The notes below the pieces were generated by a model. It saw only the letters and a program-made list of their open reading frames with translations. It did no database searches and was not told where the DNA came from. Both the position numbers and the translations under genes were made by a program. 64,000 bases of DNA from an uncultured Actinomycetota bacterium (GTDB lineage: Bacteria > Actinomycetota > Acidimicrobiia > Acidimicrobiales > Bog-793): positions 130,090-194,089 of the forward strand of contig CAVXWO010000006.1 in assembly GCA_963765505.1 (NCBI GenBank), in the 5' to 3' direction. Of this stretch, positions 36,444 to 46,555 are shown piece after piece; positions within the stretch are counted from its first letter, which is position 1, and the number at the start of each line of letters is the position of its first letter.

Positions 36444-38018
36444 TCAGCCCACGGGCTCCGGCAGGCTCGGCTCGCCGCGCCGTCGGTCCAGCGCGCGGGC
36501 ACCTGCGCCGGCGCCGACGACCAGCACGAGCACCGCCGAGAGCAGCCCCGCCGCGGCACCGAGCAGCTCGACCAGGTGCAGGCCCGACGTCATGCCCTGG
36601 GCCGAGGCCTGGGACAGCTCGGCGCGAAGTCGCGGCGCCAGCGCGCCCGCAGACCCCGGCACGCCCGACTGTGCGACCGCTTGGCCGAGATGCTGGGCGA
36701 GCGCCGGCCCGACGCCGCGCAGCGCCCCCGCGGTGACCGACGCGGTCCGTGCCTGGAACGCCGCCCCGAGCCCGCCGATGCCCCCGGCGATGCCGATCTG
36801 GCGGGCCGTGTTGTTGAAGCCCGCGGCCATGCCGGCGTTCCCGGGGCCGGCAGCCTCCAAGGACGCATGCGCGGCGATCGGGTTCACCGATCCCCACCCG
36901 GCCCCGGCGAGGAACAGGCCCGGGAGCAAGGTCGCCCACCCGCCCGCCGGGTCCGAGATGGTCATCAGCGCCGTGCCGCCCGCGAGCAGCAGGAGCGAGC
37001 CGGCGAGCAGGAAGGCCGGCTTGCGGCTGGCCGCGAAGCGCCCGCCGAGGATCGCCGCGCCGAAGGCGGTCACCGTCATCGGGAGGATCTCCAGCCCGGC
37101 GGCGAGCGCCGACAGGTGCCCGGTCTCCTGCAGGTCGCGCACGAGGTAGAGGAGCACGGCGGCGATCACCACGCCCTGGCCGATCACGGCGATCGTCGAC
37201 GCGAGGAACCGCGGGTCCCGGAGGAGCGCGATGTCGAGGATCGCGCCTTCGCGCCGCGACAGGCGGGCGAAGAGGGCGAGCAGGGCCAACGAGACGACGA
37301 GCGAGCCGGCGATCTCCGCGCTCGACCAGCCCAGCCGGTTCCCCTCCACCAGGCCGAACACCAGCAGGAAGAGCGCCAGCGCGAAGACGGTGCTGCCGAC
37401 CCAGTCCGGAGGGGCGATCGCCGACCTGGCGGCCTCTGGCACGCCCCGCCAGCTGGCGACCAGCATCACGACGCCGATCGGCACGTTGACGAGGAAGATC
37501 GCCGACCAGCCGAAGCCGTCGGTGAGCAGCCCGCCGACCAGCGGGCCGACCGCCAGCCCGGCGCCGATCGCCGCTCCCCACGCCCCGAGCGCGCGCCGGC
37601 GTGCGGGGCCTTCGGGCTCGTGCCCGACCAGGGCGAGCACGCTCGCGAACAGGGCCGCGCCGCCAGCGCCCTGGACCACCCGGCCAGCGATGAGCTCCGC
37701 GACCGAGCCCGAGAGCGACGACCACAGCGATCCGGCGGTGAAGACCAGGAGGCCCGCCATGAAGGTCTTCTTCCGCCCGATCAGGTCCGAGAGGCGGCCG
37801 GACACCAAGAGGAGGGCGGCGATAGCGAGCGAGTAGGCGTCGACGACCCACTCCAGATCCGTGAGCTGCGCGTGGAGCGACCGCTCCATGTCGGGCAGCG
37901 CCACGTTGACGACCGTGACGTCGAGGATCAGCATGAACGTGCCGACGCAGGCGAGTAACACCGTCCATCTCGGGCCGGAGCGGCGCAACTGGACACGTTC
38001 GGGAGCTTCGGTGACCAT
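36444..38018 (-). CDS. MFS transporter, DHA2 (EmrB/QacA, 14-TM) family
   Basis: ORF 36444..38018 has LILDVTVVNVALPDM, the motif-A-like GRLSDLIGRKK and about 14 hydrophobic segments. Confidence 0.85.
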   Translation of the reverse strand: MVTEAPERVQLRRSGPRWTVLLACVGTFMLILDVTVVNVALPDMERSLHAQLTDLEWVVDAYSLAIAALLLVSGRLSDLIGRKKTFMAGLLVFTAGSLWSSLSGSVAELIAGRVVQGAGGAALFASVLALVGHEPEGPARRRALGAWGAAIGAGLAVGPLVGGLLTDGFGWSAIFLVNVPIGVVMLVASWRGVPEAARSAIAPPDWVGSTVFALALFLLVFGLVEGNRLGWSSAEIAGSLVVSLALLALFARLSRREGAILDIALLRDPRFLASTIAVIGQGVVIAAVLLYLVRDLQETGHLSALAAGLEILPMTVTAFGAAILGGRFAASRKPAFLLAGSLLLLAGGTALMTISDPAGGWATLLPGLFLAGAGWGSVNPIAAHASLEAAGPGNAGMAAGFNNTARQIGIAGGIGGLGAAFQARTASVTAGALRGVGPALAQHLGQAVAQSGVPGSAGALAPRLRAELSQASAQGMTSGLHLVELLGAAAGLLSAVLVLVVGAGAGARALDRRRGEPSLPEPVG

Positions 38019-38067
38019 CCTCCAGTACTACCGGCGGCGGCGTGCCATCATGCGCGCCCGGCTGCGG

Positions 38068-39396
38068 TCACGCCTCCAACCGCAAGAGGTCCTCGATGGT
38101 CTCGCGGCGCACCACGAGACGCGCCTCACCGTCGCGCACGAATACCACCGGCGGCCGCCCGACGCGGTTGTAGTTCGACGCCATGGAGAAGCCGTACGCT
38201 CCGGTGACCGGCGTCGCGAGGATGTCGCCGACGGCTACGTCGGCGGGAAGGCGCGCCTCGGCGACGACGACGTCGCCGGTCTCGCAGTGCTTTCCGACGA
38301 CACGCGCCGCGTACGGCCGAGGCACGTCCGTCTCGCGAGGCAGAAACGCCTCGTAGCCGCTGCCGTACAGGACGGGCCGCGGGTTGTCGCTCATCCCGCC
38401 GTCGACGGCGACGTAGCTGCGGATGCCGGGCAGCTCCTTTACAGTCCCGACCCGGTAGCACGTGAGGGCCGCCGAGGCGACGACGGCGCGTCCGGGCTCG
38501 GCGGTCACGCGCACCGCCTGCGGGACGCCCGCCGCCGCGCAGGCGGCGCGCACCGTCGCCGCCCACTCCGTGATCGTCGGCGCGCGCTCGTCGTTCAGGT
38601 AGGCGACGCCGAGTCCGCCCCCGACGCACAGCTCGTCGAGCTGGTGCTCCTCGAGGTACGTGGCGAGCACGGCGACCTCGCGCTCGAAGGCGTCGAGACG
38701 GAAGATCTGGCTGCCGATGTGGGCGTGGACGCCCACGAGGTCGGCGCCCTCCAGGTTGGCCAACAGCTTCGCGGCACGCTCCGCGGCGCCCGAGGCGACC
38801 GAGAAGCCGAACTTCGAGTCCTCCTGGCCGGTCATGACGTACTCGTGGGTGTGCGCCTCCACGCCCGGCGTCACCCGGACGAGCACGCCGAGCGGCGAGT
38901 GCCGGCGCGTCAGAGGGAGCAAGCGAGAGAGGCGCCCGATCTCGTCGAAGGAGTCGACCACGACGCGCCCGACACCGGCCTGCAGGGCGTGCTCGAGCTC
39001 CTCGTCGGACTTGTTGTTCCCGTGCAGCACGAGCAGCGCCGGGTCGACGCCGGCGGCGAGCGCCACGGCGAGCTCGCCACCCGTCGAGACGTCGAGGTGC
39101 ATGCCCTCCTCAGCGGCGAGCGAGGCCATGGCCTTGCAGAGGAAGGCCTTCGTCGCGTAGGCGACCCCCGGGCCGAACGCCTCGACCGCCTCGCGCGACC
39201 GGGCGCGCAGGTGCGCCTCGTCGTAGACGAACAGCGGCGTGCCGAGCTCCGCGGCGAGGTCGCAGACGTCCACGCCGCCGAGCGACAGCCGCCCGTCGGG
39301 CGCGACCGAGGCGGTGTCGGGGAGGAGGTGGCGCGCGATCGCGGCCTCGCTCGGGACGAATCCCGCAGCGACCTCCGACGCGTCGTCGGGGATCAC
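38068..39396 (-). CDS. lysA: diaminopimelate decarboxylase
   Basis: ORF 38068..39396 has GTPLFVYDE, the PLP-Lys region YATKAF, HAHIGSQI, GGGLGVAY, EPGRAVV and CETGD. Confidence 0.95.
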   Translation of the reverse strand: MIPDDASEVAAGFVPSEAAIARHLLPDTASVAPDGRLSLGGVDVCDLAAELGTPLFVYDEAHLRARSREAVEAFGPGVAYATKAFLCKAMASLAAEEGMHLDVSTGGELAVALAAGVDPALLVLHGNNKSDEELEHALQAGVGRVVVDSFDEIGRLSRLLPLTRRHSPLGVLVRVTPGVEAHTHEYVMTGQEDSKFGFSVASGAAERAAKLLANLEGADLVGVHAHIGSQIFRLDAFEREVAVLATYLEEHQLDELCVGGGLGVAYLNDERAPTITEWAATVRAACAAAGVPQAVRVTAEPGRAVVASAALTCYRVGTVKELPGIRSYVAVDGGMSDNPRPVLYGSGYEAFLPRETDVPRPYAARVVGKHCETGDVVVAEARLPADVAVGDILATPVTGAYGFSMASNYNRVGRPPVVFVRDGEARLVVRRETIEDLLRLEA

Positions 39397-39406
39397 CGGC
39401 GCGAGC

Positions 39407-41017
39407 TCACATCGACTCGGGGGCGCGCACGCCGAGGAGCGACAACCCGATGGCGAGCCCGACGCGGACCCCCTCCACGAGCCACAGCCGCGCCTGGGTC
39501 ACGCCCGGTTCGATGTCCTCACCAAGGACCCGGCAGTCGTGGTAGAAGCCGTGGAACTCGCCCGCCAGACGACGCACCCAGTTCGTGACCTTGTACGGCG
39601 CCCGTTCGCGCGCCGCCTCGGCCACGGCGCCGGGGAGGTCGACGAGGGCACGCACCAGCGCCAGCTCGCGCGGTGTGTGAGCACGGCGAGGTCGACGTCG
39701 GCGAGCGCGAGGCGGCTGAGCCCGCGCTCCGCACGGACCCGCTCGATGGACGCGATCCGGGCGTAGGCGTACTGCACGTAGTAGACGGGGTTCTCCATCG
39801 ACTGCTTGGTGACCTCGTCGAGATCGAGCGTCGTCGGCTGGTCGATCGAGCTCATCAGCGACAGCAGGCGCGTCGCGTCCGGTCCGAGGAGGTCGACGAG
39901 CTCGTCGAGGCGGACGAAGGTGCCGGCCCGCTTCGACTGGCGGCGCCCCTGGATCGAGACGAGCTGGCCGAGCTTCACCTCCAGCCGGTCGCGGCGAGAC
40001 GCCCATCGCCTCGACGCCGGCGAGGAGGCTCGCCACCTGGCCGTGGTGGTCAGCCCCGAAGATGTCGATCACGCGGTCAAAACCCCGTACGAGGAGCTTG
40101 TCGCGGTGGTACGCCAGGTCGCCCGCGAGGTACGTCGCGTCGCCGTTGGCCTTCACGAGGACGCGATCCCGGCTGTCGCCGAGCTGGCTCGACGCGAGCC
40201 AGGTCGCGCCATCCTGCTCGTAGACGAGGCCGCGTGAGCGCATCAGCTCGATCGTCTCCGCGACCCGGCCGCTCTCCTCGATCGAGGCCTGGCTGTACCA
40301 TTCGTCGAACACGATCCCGAGCCGCTCGACGGTGGTCCTGATGTTCTCCAGGATCCGCTCGGAGGCGAAGCGCCCGGCCGCGACGACGTCCTCCGGCCCG
40401 GTGTAGGCCGCGGCGAGCTCCGTCACGTACTCGCCCTGGTAGCCCTGCTCGGGCGGAGCCTCGCCGCGCCGCCGGGCGAGCAGGCTCTCGCCGAGCATGC
40501 GGATCTGGCCCCCGGTGTCGTTCACGTAGTACTCGCGCGCGACCCGCCAGCCGCTGCGCTCGAGAACCCGTGCCAGCGCGTCGCCGTAGCTGCCGAGCCA
40601 GCCGTTTCCGACGTGGAGCGGCCCCGTCGGGTTCGCCGAGACGAACTCGACCTGGACCCGCTCGCCCTTGCCGAGGTTCGGCGTGGCGTAGCCCTCGGTG
40701 CCGGCCTCGACGACCTGACGGAGCGCCTCGTGGAGCCAGGTGTCCCGGAGCCGGAAGTTGACGAAGCCGGGGCCGGCCACCTCCACCGACTCGACGTGGG
40801 GGAGCCCGGCCGCGCCGAGGCGCGCCGCCAGCGCGCCGGCGAGCTCGCGCGGCGGCCGGCCGGCGCGCTTCGCGACGGCGAGCGCGACGTTGGTCGAGAA
40901 GTCGCCGTGCTCGGGCCGGGCCGGACGCTCGAGGCGGACCTCGTCCGCGCCCAGCTCGACACCGAGCGCGGCGAGGGCGTCGGCGACACCGCTGGCAAGG
41001 ACAGCTTCGACGGTCAT
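39407..41017 (-). pseudogene. argS: arginyl-tRNA synthetase; frame broken near 39992 and 39677
   Basis: The class I HIGH-like motif (SANPTGPLHVGNG) and DHHGQV are in ORF 39407..41017. The middle KLGQLVSIQGRRQSKRAGTFV...ENPVYYVQYAYARI is in ORF 39499..39978. The C-terminus APYKVTNWVRRLAGEFHGFYHDCRVL returns to the first frame. Confidence 0.95.
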
Positions 41018-41138
41018 GGCGAAGTGAGGATGGCTGACGCACGGCTAGCATGCAACCGACCGGAGCGGCAGTCCGCTCCGCAGCCGCTCGCACCTACGCT
41101 CGCAGCACGGTGCACCGGTCGGCGCGGCGCAGCGCAGC

Positions 41139-41213
41139 GCCCTCGTAGCTCAGGGGATAGAGCACCGGCCTCCGGAGCCGGGTGCGCAGGTTCGAATCCT
41201 GCCGGGGGCACCA
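41139..41213 (+). tRNA. tRNA-Arg (anticodon CCG), CCA encoded
   Basis: Cloverleaf folded by hand: acceptor gccctcg/cgggggc (one G-U), D-arm gctc-aggggata-gagc, anticodon arm ccggc-ctCCGga-gccgg, T-arm gcagg-ttcgaat-cctgc, discriminator a, then cca. Confidence 0.93.
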
Positions 41214-41453
41214 ACGCCAGCTGCGCAGCCGGCACGCTGCCCGGAGGACCCCATTCCCTGCGCCGGCCCGACGGACGAGGGGTGGCGAGTCCGGTCACAC
41301 CGTTCTCTGACGACACCCAACGCCCTGACGACCCCCGCCGCACCCACTGTGTCCGGCCGCGGGCCAAGTGGCGTCAGACCCCATCCCGACGCGGAATCCC
41401 CCCGACGGTCCACGCTGGTCTACATACCGGAAAACGCTGAGGCCAGCTTCGCG

Positions 41454-41482
41454 TTGACGCAATCCGGGTCGGCCGATATGGT
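41454..41482 (+). promoter_or_regulatory. candidate sigma-70-type promoter for the LigB-like gene
   Basis: TTGACG (41454-41459), a 17-nt spacer and TATGGT (41477-41482), about 27 nt upstream of GTG 41509. Motif match only. Confidence 0.35.
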
Positions 41483-41508
41483 CGCCGTTCGCGTCATGGC
41501 ACCGGGGG

Positions 41509-42762
41509 GTGACGTTGGCGGAGATCGTGCTCGGCATCGGTTCCTCGCACACGCCGCAGATGAGCACGTCGGCGGAGTTCTGGAGCGAGCACGCCGCTCG
41601 GGATCGGCGCAACGCAGGACTCCTGACAGCCGACGGCGAGCGCCGCACCTACGACGAGGTGCTCGCGTCGGCGCCCCGCGAGCTCGAGCTGGAGCTCGCC
41701 CCAGCGGTGTGGACGGCGAAGTTCGAGCGAGCGCAGGCAGCGGTGCAGACGCTCGCGAGGCGGCTCGACGGCGCTGGCACCGACGTCGTCGTCGTCATCG
41801 GCGACGACCAGAACGAGCTCTTCGGCACGTCGGGCATCCCCGCTATCGGCCTCTACCTAGGCGAGGAGCTGTGGGACCTGCCGCCCGACGAGGAGCGTCT
41901 GGCGAGGATCCCGCCGGACATCCGTGTCGCGAGCTGGGCCGCGCACGCCGACGCGCCCGACGCCTACCCGGTCGCGAGCGGGCTCTCCGCCCACGTCGCC
42001 GCCGAGCTGGCGGCGCGGGACTTCGACCTCACGGTCATGACCGAGCAGCCCGCCGGTCACGGACTCGGCCACGCGTTCACCTTCGTGCGCCGACGGTTGC
42101 AGCTCGCCACCGGCGTGCCGGTCCTGCCCGTTCTCCTGAACACGTACTACCCGCCGAACGTGCCCTCCGCTGGGCGCTGCTACGCGCTCGGCGAGGCGCT
42201 GCGCGACGCCATCGGGTCCTGGCCCGGCAACGAGCGCGTCGCGGTGATAGCGAGCGGCGGCCTGTCGCACTTCGTCGTCCTCGAGGAGCTCGACCGGACG
42301 GTGCTCGACGCGCTTCGGCGCCACGACCGCGAGCGCCTCGCCGCCATCCCACGCGAGGTCCTTCGGTCAGGCACCTCTGAGACGTTGAACTGGATCGCGG
42401 CGGGCGGGGCCCTCGCCCACCTCGAGATGGAGCTTGTCGACTACATCCCCGCCTACCGCTCGGCCGCGGGGACGGGTGTCGGCATGGCCTTTGCCGTCTG
42501 GGACGGGTCGGACCGCTCTGCCGCGTCTTCGCGAACCGCGACGTTCACGCACACGTGCGAGCGCGACCGGCGGGGGCATGGCCGGTCCGACCATCACTCC
42601 GTCCGGCGCGCGACGAGGCGCCCGAGGGCCTCGACCTTCTGCTCGGTGCCGGCGTTCCACGGAAAGCCGGTGTTCAAGCGGACGAAGTCCCGGTACCCGC
42701 CGGACGGCGAGAACATCGGACCCGGCGCGACCTTGATGCCGAGGTCCGACGCGTCCCGGTAG
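41509..42762 (+). CDS. class III extradiol ring-cleavage dioxygenase, LigB family (3' end uncertain)
   Basis: ORF 41509..42762 has IVLGIGSSHTPQ, VVVVIGDDQNELF, ASGGLSHF and GTSETLNW, which resemble the LigB/protocatechuate 4,5-dioxygenase beta fold. The last ~60 codons look non-native and overlap the convergent mocR gene by about 170 nt. Confidence 0.65.
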   Translation: MTLAEIVLGIGSSHTPQMSTSAEFWSEHAARDRRNAGLLTADGERRTYDEVLASAPRELELELAPAVWTAKFERAQAAVQTLARRLDGAGTDVVVVIGDDQNELFGTSGIPAIGLYLGEELWDLPPDEERLARIPPDIRVASWAAHADAPDAYPVASGLSAHVAAELAARDFDLTVMTEQPAGHGLGHAFTFVRRRLQLATGVPVLPVLLNTYYPPNVPSAGRCYALGEALRDAIGSWPGNERVAVIASGGLSHFVVLEELDRTVLDALRRHDRERLAAIPREVLRSGTSETLNWIAAGGALAHLEMELVDYIPAYRSAAGTGVGMAFAVWDGSDRSAASSRTATFTHTCERDRRGHGRSDHHSVRRATRRPRASTFCSVPAFHGKPVFKRTKSRYPPDGENIGPGATLMPRSDASR

Positions 42763-44030
42763 AGGTCCATGGCATCGACGCCCGCGGGGAGCTGGACCCA
42801 CAGCACGTGGCCGCCCTCGGGACGCGTGAAGCGCGTGGCGTCGGGAAAGTGGCGCGTGACGGCGTCGATCGTCCGCTCCATCTGGTCCCGGTACATGCGG
42901 CGGACCCTGCGCAGGTGACGGTCGAAGCCGCCGCTCTCCACGAAGGCGGCGATGGCGAGCTGGGGCGCGGTCGCGGTCGCCTGGTTGACGACGAGCTTCA
43001 GCAGCTCGAGCTCGTTCTGGTAGCGGCCGGGGATGGCCCAGCCGACGCGCAGCCCCGGCGAGAGGGTCTTGCTGTACGAGCCGCAGTACAGGACGAGCCC
43101 GCGCCGGTCGAAGGCCTTGATCGCCTTCGGCCTCGGTCCGTCGTACACCAGCTCGCCGTAGACGTCGTCCTCGACAAGCGGCACGTCGTGGTCCTCGAGC
43201 ACGTCGACCAGGCGCCGCTTGGCGTCGTTGCTCATGCACGCGCCGGTCGGGTTCGAGTAGTTCGACACCAGCGCCACCGCGGCGATCGGCTGGGAGGCGA
43301 GCACCGCCTGCAGCTCGTCGAGGTTGATCCCGTGGCGTGGGTGGCTGGCGACCTCGACGGCGCGGAGCCGGAGCGAGGCCAGGACCTCGAGGAGGGCGTA
43401 GTAGGCGGGCGACTCGATGGCCACGGTGTCCCCGGGGTGGGTGACGGCCCGGATCGACAGGTACACGGCCTCCTTGGCGCCGCTCGTGATGACGATCTCG
43501 TCGGGCGAGACCGCGTAGCCGGCGTCGGCGCCGCGCTGCGCGATCACCCGGCGCAACGCGGGGCTTCCGGGCGGCGCGTCGTAGGAGTGGCACGCGGCCG
43601 CCTGGTGCCGCATCACCTGGCCGACCAGGCGGTTGAGCGCGGCGATGGGCATGAGCTCGGGGCCCTGCACCGCAGCGCCGAGGGTGGGCTCCTGGGGGTT
43701 GCCGATCCCGAGGTTCAGCTTCACCGCGAGCGACGCGTCGACCCGCCTCGCCTCCGCCGAGGGCCTCGACGGGTCCGGCTCGAGGCGCTGCTGCTGGCGG
43801 AGCGGCTGGACGTAGTGGCCGCTCTGCGGGCGCGCCCGGACGAGGCCGCGGTCCTCGAGGAGCCGGCAGGCCTCCAGCACCGTGCTGAGGCTGACGCCGT
43901 AGCGCTCGCGGAGCTTGCGGACCGACGGGATGCGGTCGCCGGGGCGCAGCGTGCCGCCACGGATCTGCTCCTCGACCGAGTCCGCCAGCTGCTCGTAGAG
44001 ATGACGCTCCGGCCGGGCATCGGGTGGCAT
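42594..44030 (-). CDS. MocR/GabR/PdxR-family regulator (GntR wHTH + class I aminotransferase-like domain)
   Basis: ORF 42594..44108 has the wHTH region LYEQLADSVEEQIRGGTLRPGDRIPSVRKLRERYGVSLSTVLEACRLLEDRGLV. The aminotransferase fold has SNYSNPTG and the PLP-Lys region GSYSKTLSPGLRVGW. Start taken at ATG 44030 (RBS gaggag); upstream track codons are rare or low-GC3. Confidence 0.85.
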   Translation of the reverse strand: MPPDARPERHLYEQLADSVEEQIRGGTLRPGDRIPSVRKLRERYGVSLSTVLEACRLLEDRGLVRARPQSGHYVQPLRQQQRLEPDPSRPSAEARRVDASLAVKLNLGIGNPQEPTLGAAVQGPELMPIAALNRLVGQVMRHQAAACHSYDAPPGSPALRRVIAQRGADAGYAVSPDEIVITSGAKEAVYLSIRAVTHPGDTVAIESPAYYALLEVLASLRLRAVEVASHPRHGINLDELQAVLASQPIAAVALVSNYSNPTGACMSNDAKRRLVDVLEDHDVPLVEDDVYGELVYDGPRPKAIKAFDRRGLVLYCGSYSKTLSPGLRVGWAIPGRYQNELELLKLVVNQATATAPQLAIAAFVESGGFDRHLRRVRRMYRDQMERTIDAVTRHFPDATRFTRPEGGHVLWVQLPAGVDAMDLYRDASDLGIKVAPGPMFSPSGGYRDFVRLNTGFPWNAGTEQKVEALGRLVARRTE

Positions 44031-44082
44031 CGATCGGGCTCCTCGTCTCGCGCCGTACCAAGCGCTCGCCGGCGTGGGCGTG

Positions 44083-44133
44083 AACTGTATACGAGAACAG
44101 TTTGCCAAATAGTCCTGCCACCTGGCAACTGTA
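44083..44133. promoter_or_regulatory. AACTGT(A) repeat set in the mocR / metE divergent intergenic region (candidate MocR operator)
   Basis: AACTGTA at 44083 and 44127 are direct repeats 44 bp apart. ACAGTT at 44097 forms an inverted repeat with the first copy (8-nt spacer). All sit in the only AT-rich patch of the intergenic region. Confidence 0.4.
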
Positions 44134-44227
44134 CCGGTCGACTTCGGGCCGAGCTGTGTCTACCCCGCGTCGGACGGCGAGCGTACGGTCCAAGCGAACC
44201 CCCACGAGCAACAGGAGAGGCGGGCTG

Positions 44228-46555
44228 ATGACCTGGTCGACGACCCTCGGCATGCCCCGGATCGGACCGAGGCGCGAGCTGAAGCGCGCCACGGAGGCGT
44301 ACTGGGCCGGCAACCTCGGCGCCGCCGAGCTGGCGGAGGTGGCCCGCGAGCGGCGCGCCGCGAGCTGGCAGGCGCAGGTCGATGCCGGCATCGACCAGAT
44401 CGTCTCCAACGACTTCTCCCTCTACGACCAGGTCCTCGACACCTGCTGCCTGGTGGGAGCGGTCCCCGACCGCTTCGCGTTCGGTGGCGGGCCCGTCGAC
44501 CTCGACACCTACTTCGCGATGGCGCGAGGTGCCGAGTCGCCGCGCGGGCCCGTGCCGGCGATGGTCATGACCAAGTGGTTCGACACGAACTACCACTACC
44601 TCGTCCCGGAGCTCGGCTCCGAGACGCGCTTCGGGCTGTCCTCGACCAAGCCGCTGGACGAGCTGCGCGAGGCGCAGGCGCTCGGCATCCGCACCCGTCC
44701 GGTGCTGGTCGGACCCGTCACCTTCCTCCTCCTCGCCAGGCCGACCGAGGCCGCGTTCCCGGTGCTCGAGCTGCTGAGCGAGCTGCTGCCGGTCTACGTC
44801 GAGCTGCTGGGGGACCTCGCGGCGGCCGGCGTGGAGTGGGTCCAGCTCGACGAGCCGTGCCTCGCGACCGACCTCGACGAGCGCGCCCGCCAGGCGTTCG
44901 CGGCGGCCTACGACGTGCTCGCCGCCGCGGGTGGTCCGCGCCTTCTCGTGACCTCCTACTTCGGCGGCCTCGGCGACAACCTCGAGCTCGCCTGCGGGCT
45001 GCCGCTGGACGGGCTCCACGTGGACCTCGTCCGTGACCAGGGTCAGCTCCCCCGGCTGCTCGATCGCCTACCCGGCACGACCGTGCTGTCGGCCGGCGTG
45101 ATCGACGGGCGCAACGTGTGGCGCAACGACCTCCGTCGCACGTTCGCCCTCCTCGAGGAGGCCCACCGCCGCCTCGGCGACCGGCTCTGGGTGGCGCCGT
45201 CCTGCTCCCTCCTGCACGTGCCCCACGATCTCGACCTGGAGCCGGAGCTCGACCCGGAGCTGCGCAGCTGGCTCGCCTTCGCCCACCAGAAGCTCGACGA
45301 GGTGACCGTCGTCGCCCGGGCCCTCGACGAGGGCCCGGAGGCCGTCGCCGAGGCCCTCGCCGCGAGCGACGAGGCCGCTCGCACCCGGCGGAGCTCGCCG
45401 CGGACCCGCTCGGCCGACGTCCGCCGGCGTGTCGCCGCCCTCGGCCCGAGCGACGCCACCCGCCGCTCGCCCTACGAGAAGCGCCGGAGCGAGCAGCTGC
45501 GGACGCTCGCGCTGCCGGAGCTTCCGACGACGACCATCGGCTCGTTCCCCCAGACCGAGGAGATCCGCCGGGCCCGGCAGCGCTACGTCTCGGGCGCCGC
45601 GACGCTCGAGGAGTACGAGGAGTTCTGCCGGCGGGAGATCGAGCGTGTCATCCGCCTCCAGGAGGCGATCGGATTGGACGTCCTCGTCCACGGCGAGCCC
45701 GAGCGCAACGACATGGTTCAGTACTTCGGCGAGCGGCTCGGCGGCTTCGCCTGCACCCGCAACGCCTGGGTCCAGAGCTACGGCACCCGTTGCGTGCGAC
45801 CGCCCATCCTCTACGGCGACGTGGAGAGGCCGGCGCCGATCACCGTCGACTGGCTGCGCTACGCGCAGTCGCTCACCGCCTCGCCGGTGAAGGGCATGCT
45901 CACCGGACCGGTGACCATCCTCCAGTGGTCGTTCGTCCGCGACGACCAGCCGCGCGAGGAGACGTGCCGCCAGATCGCGCTCGCCGTCCGCGACGAGGTC
46001 GTCGACTTGGAGGCCGCCGGGTTCGCCATGATCCAGGTGGACGAGCCGGCGCTTCGCGAGGGGCTCCCGCTCCGCCGCGCCGAACGGGACCACTACCTGG
46101 CCTGGGCGACGGAGTGCTTCCGCCTCGCCACCTCCGCGGTCGGCGACGGCACCCAGATCCACACGCACATGTGCTACGGCGAGTTCGGCGACGTGCTCGA
46201 CGCCGTCGCCGCCCTCGACGCCGACGTGATCTCGATGGAGGCCGCCCGGGGCGCCATGGCCGTGCTCGACGGCCTCGCCGGCAAAGGGCCGCGCTCGGCG
46301 ATCGGGCCCGGCGTCTACGACGTGCACTCGCCGCGCGTCCCGTCGGAGGCCGAGCTCCGGCGGCTCGTGCTCGAGATCGCCGAGGCCCTCGGCGCGGAGC
46401 GCGTCTGGGTGAACCCCGACTGCGGCCTGAAGACCCGCCGGCCGGAGGAGGTCGAGCCGGCGCTCGCCAACATGGTGGCGGCGGCGCGCTCGGTCCGGGA
46501 CTCGCTGACCGCGGCCGCCTCCCCGGCGACGCCGGCGCCCGGGCATACGGCGTGA
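44228..46555 (+). CDS. metE: cobalamin-independent methionine synthase (5-methyltetrahydropteroyltriglutamate-homocysteine methyltransferase)
   Basis: ORF 44102..46555 is intact. Start taken at ATG 44228 (MTWSTTLGMPRIGPRRELKRATEAYWAG). Zn ligand regions are HMCYGEF and NPDCGLKTR. Confidence 0.97.
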   Translation: MTWSTTLGMPRIGPRRELKRATEAYWAGNLGAAELAEVARERRAASWQAQVDAGIDQIVSNDFSLYDQVLDTCCLVGAVPDRFAFGGGPVDLDTYFAMARGAESPRGPVPAMVMTKWFDTNYHYLVPELGSETRFGLSSTKPLDELREAQALGIRTRPVLVGPVTFLLLARPTEAAFPVLELLSELLPVYVELLGDLAAAGVEWVQLDEPCLATDLDERARQAFAAAYDVLAAAGGPRLLVTSYFGGLGDNLELACGLPLDGLHVDLVRDQGQLPRLLDRLPGTTVLSAGVIDGRNVWRNDLRRTFALLEEAHRRLGDRLWVAPSCSLLHVPHDLDLEPELDPELRSWLAFAHQKLDEVTVVARALDEGPEAVAEALAASDEAARTRRSSPRTRSADVRRRVAALGPSDATRRSPYEKRRSEQLRTLALPELPTTTIGSFPQTEEIRRARQRYVSGAATLEEYEEFCRREIERVIRLQEAIGLDVLVHGEPERNDMVQYFGERLGGFACTRNAWVQSYGTRCVRPPILYGDVERPAPITVDWLRYAQSLTASPVKGMLTGPVTILQWSFVRDDQPREETCRQIALAVRDEVVDLEAAGFAMIQVDEPALREGLPLRRAERDHYLAWATECFRLATSAVGDGTQIHTHMCYGEFGDVLDAVAALDADVISMEAARGAMAVLDGLAGKGPRSAIGPGVYDVHSPRVPSEAELRRLVLEIAEALGAERVWVNPDCGLKTRRPEEVEPALANMVAAARSVRDSLTAAASPATPAPGHTA

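Noticed and set aside
41214-41508. Genomic island or integration scar downstream of tRNA-Arg
   Set aside because: I found no integrase, no repeat of the tRNA 3' end in the following kilobases and no compositional shift. The downstream genes are ordinary metabolic genes.
44133-44227. Cobalamin or SAM riboswitch in the metE leader
   Set aside because: Only about 95 nt are available after the repeat region, which is too short for a cobalamin element. I could not find a B12-box-like or SAM-IV-like core by eye. An Infernal scan would be decisive.
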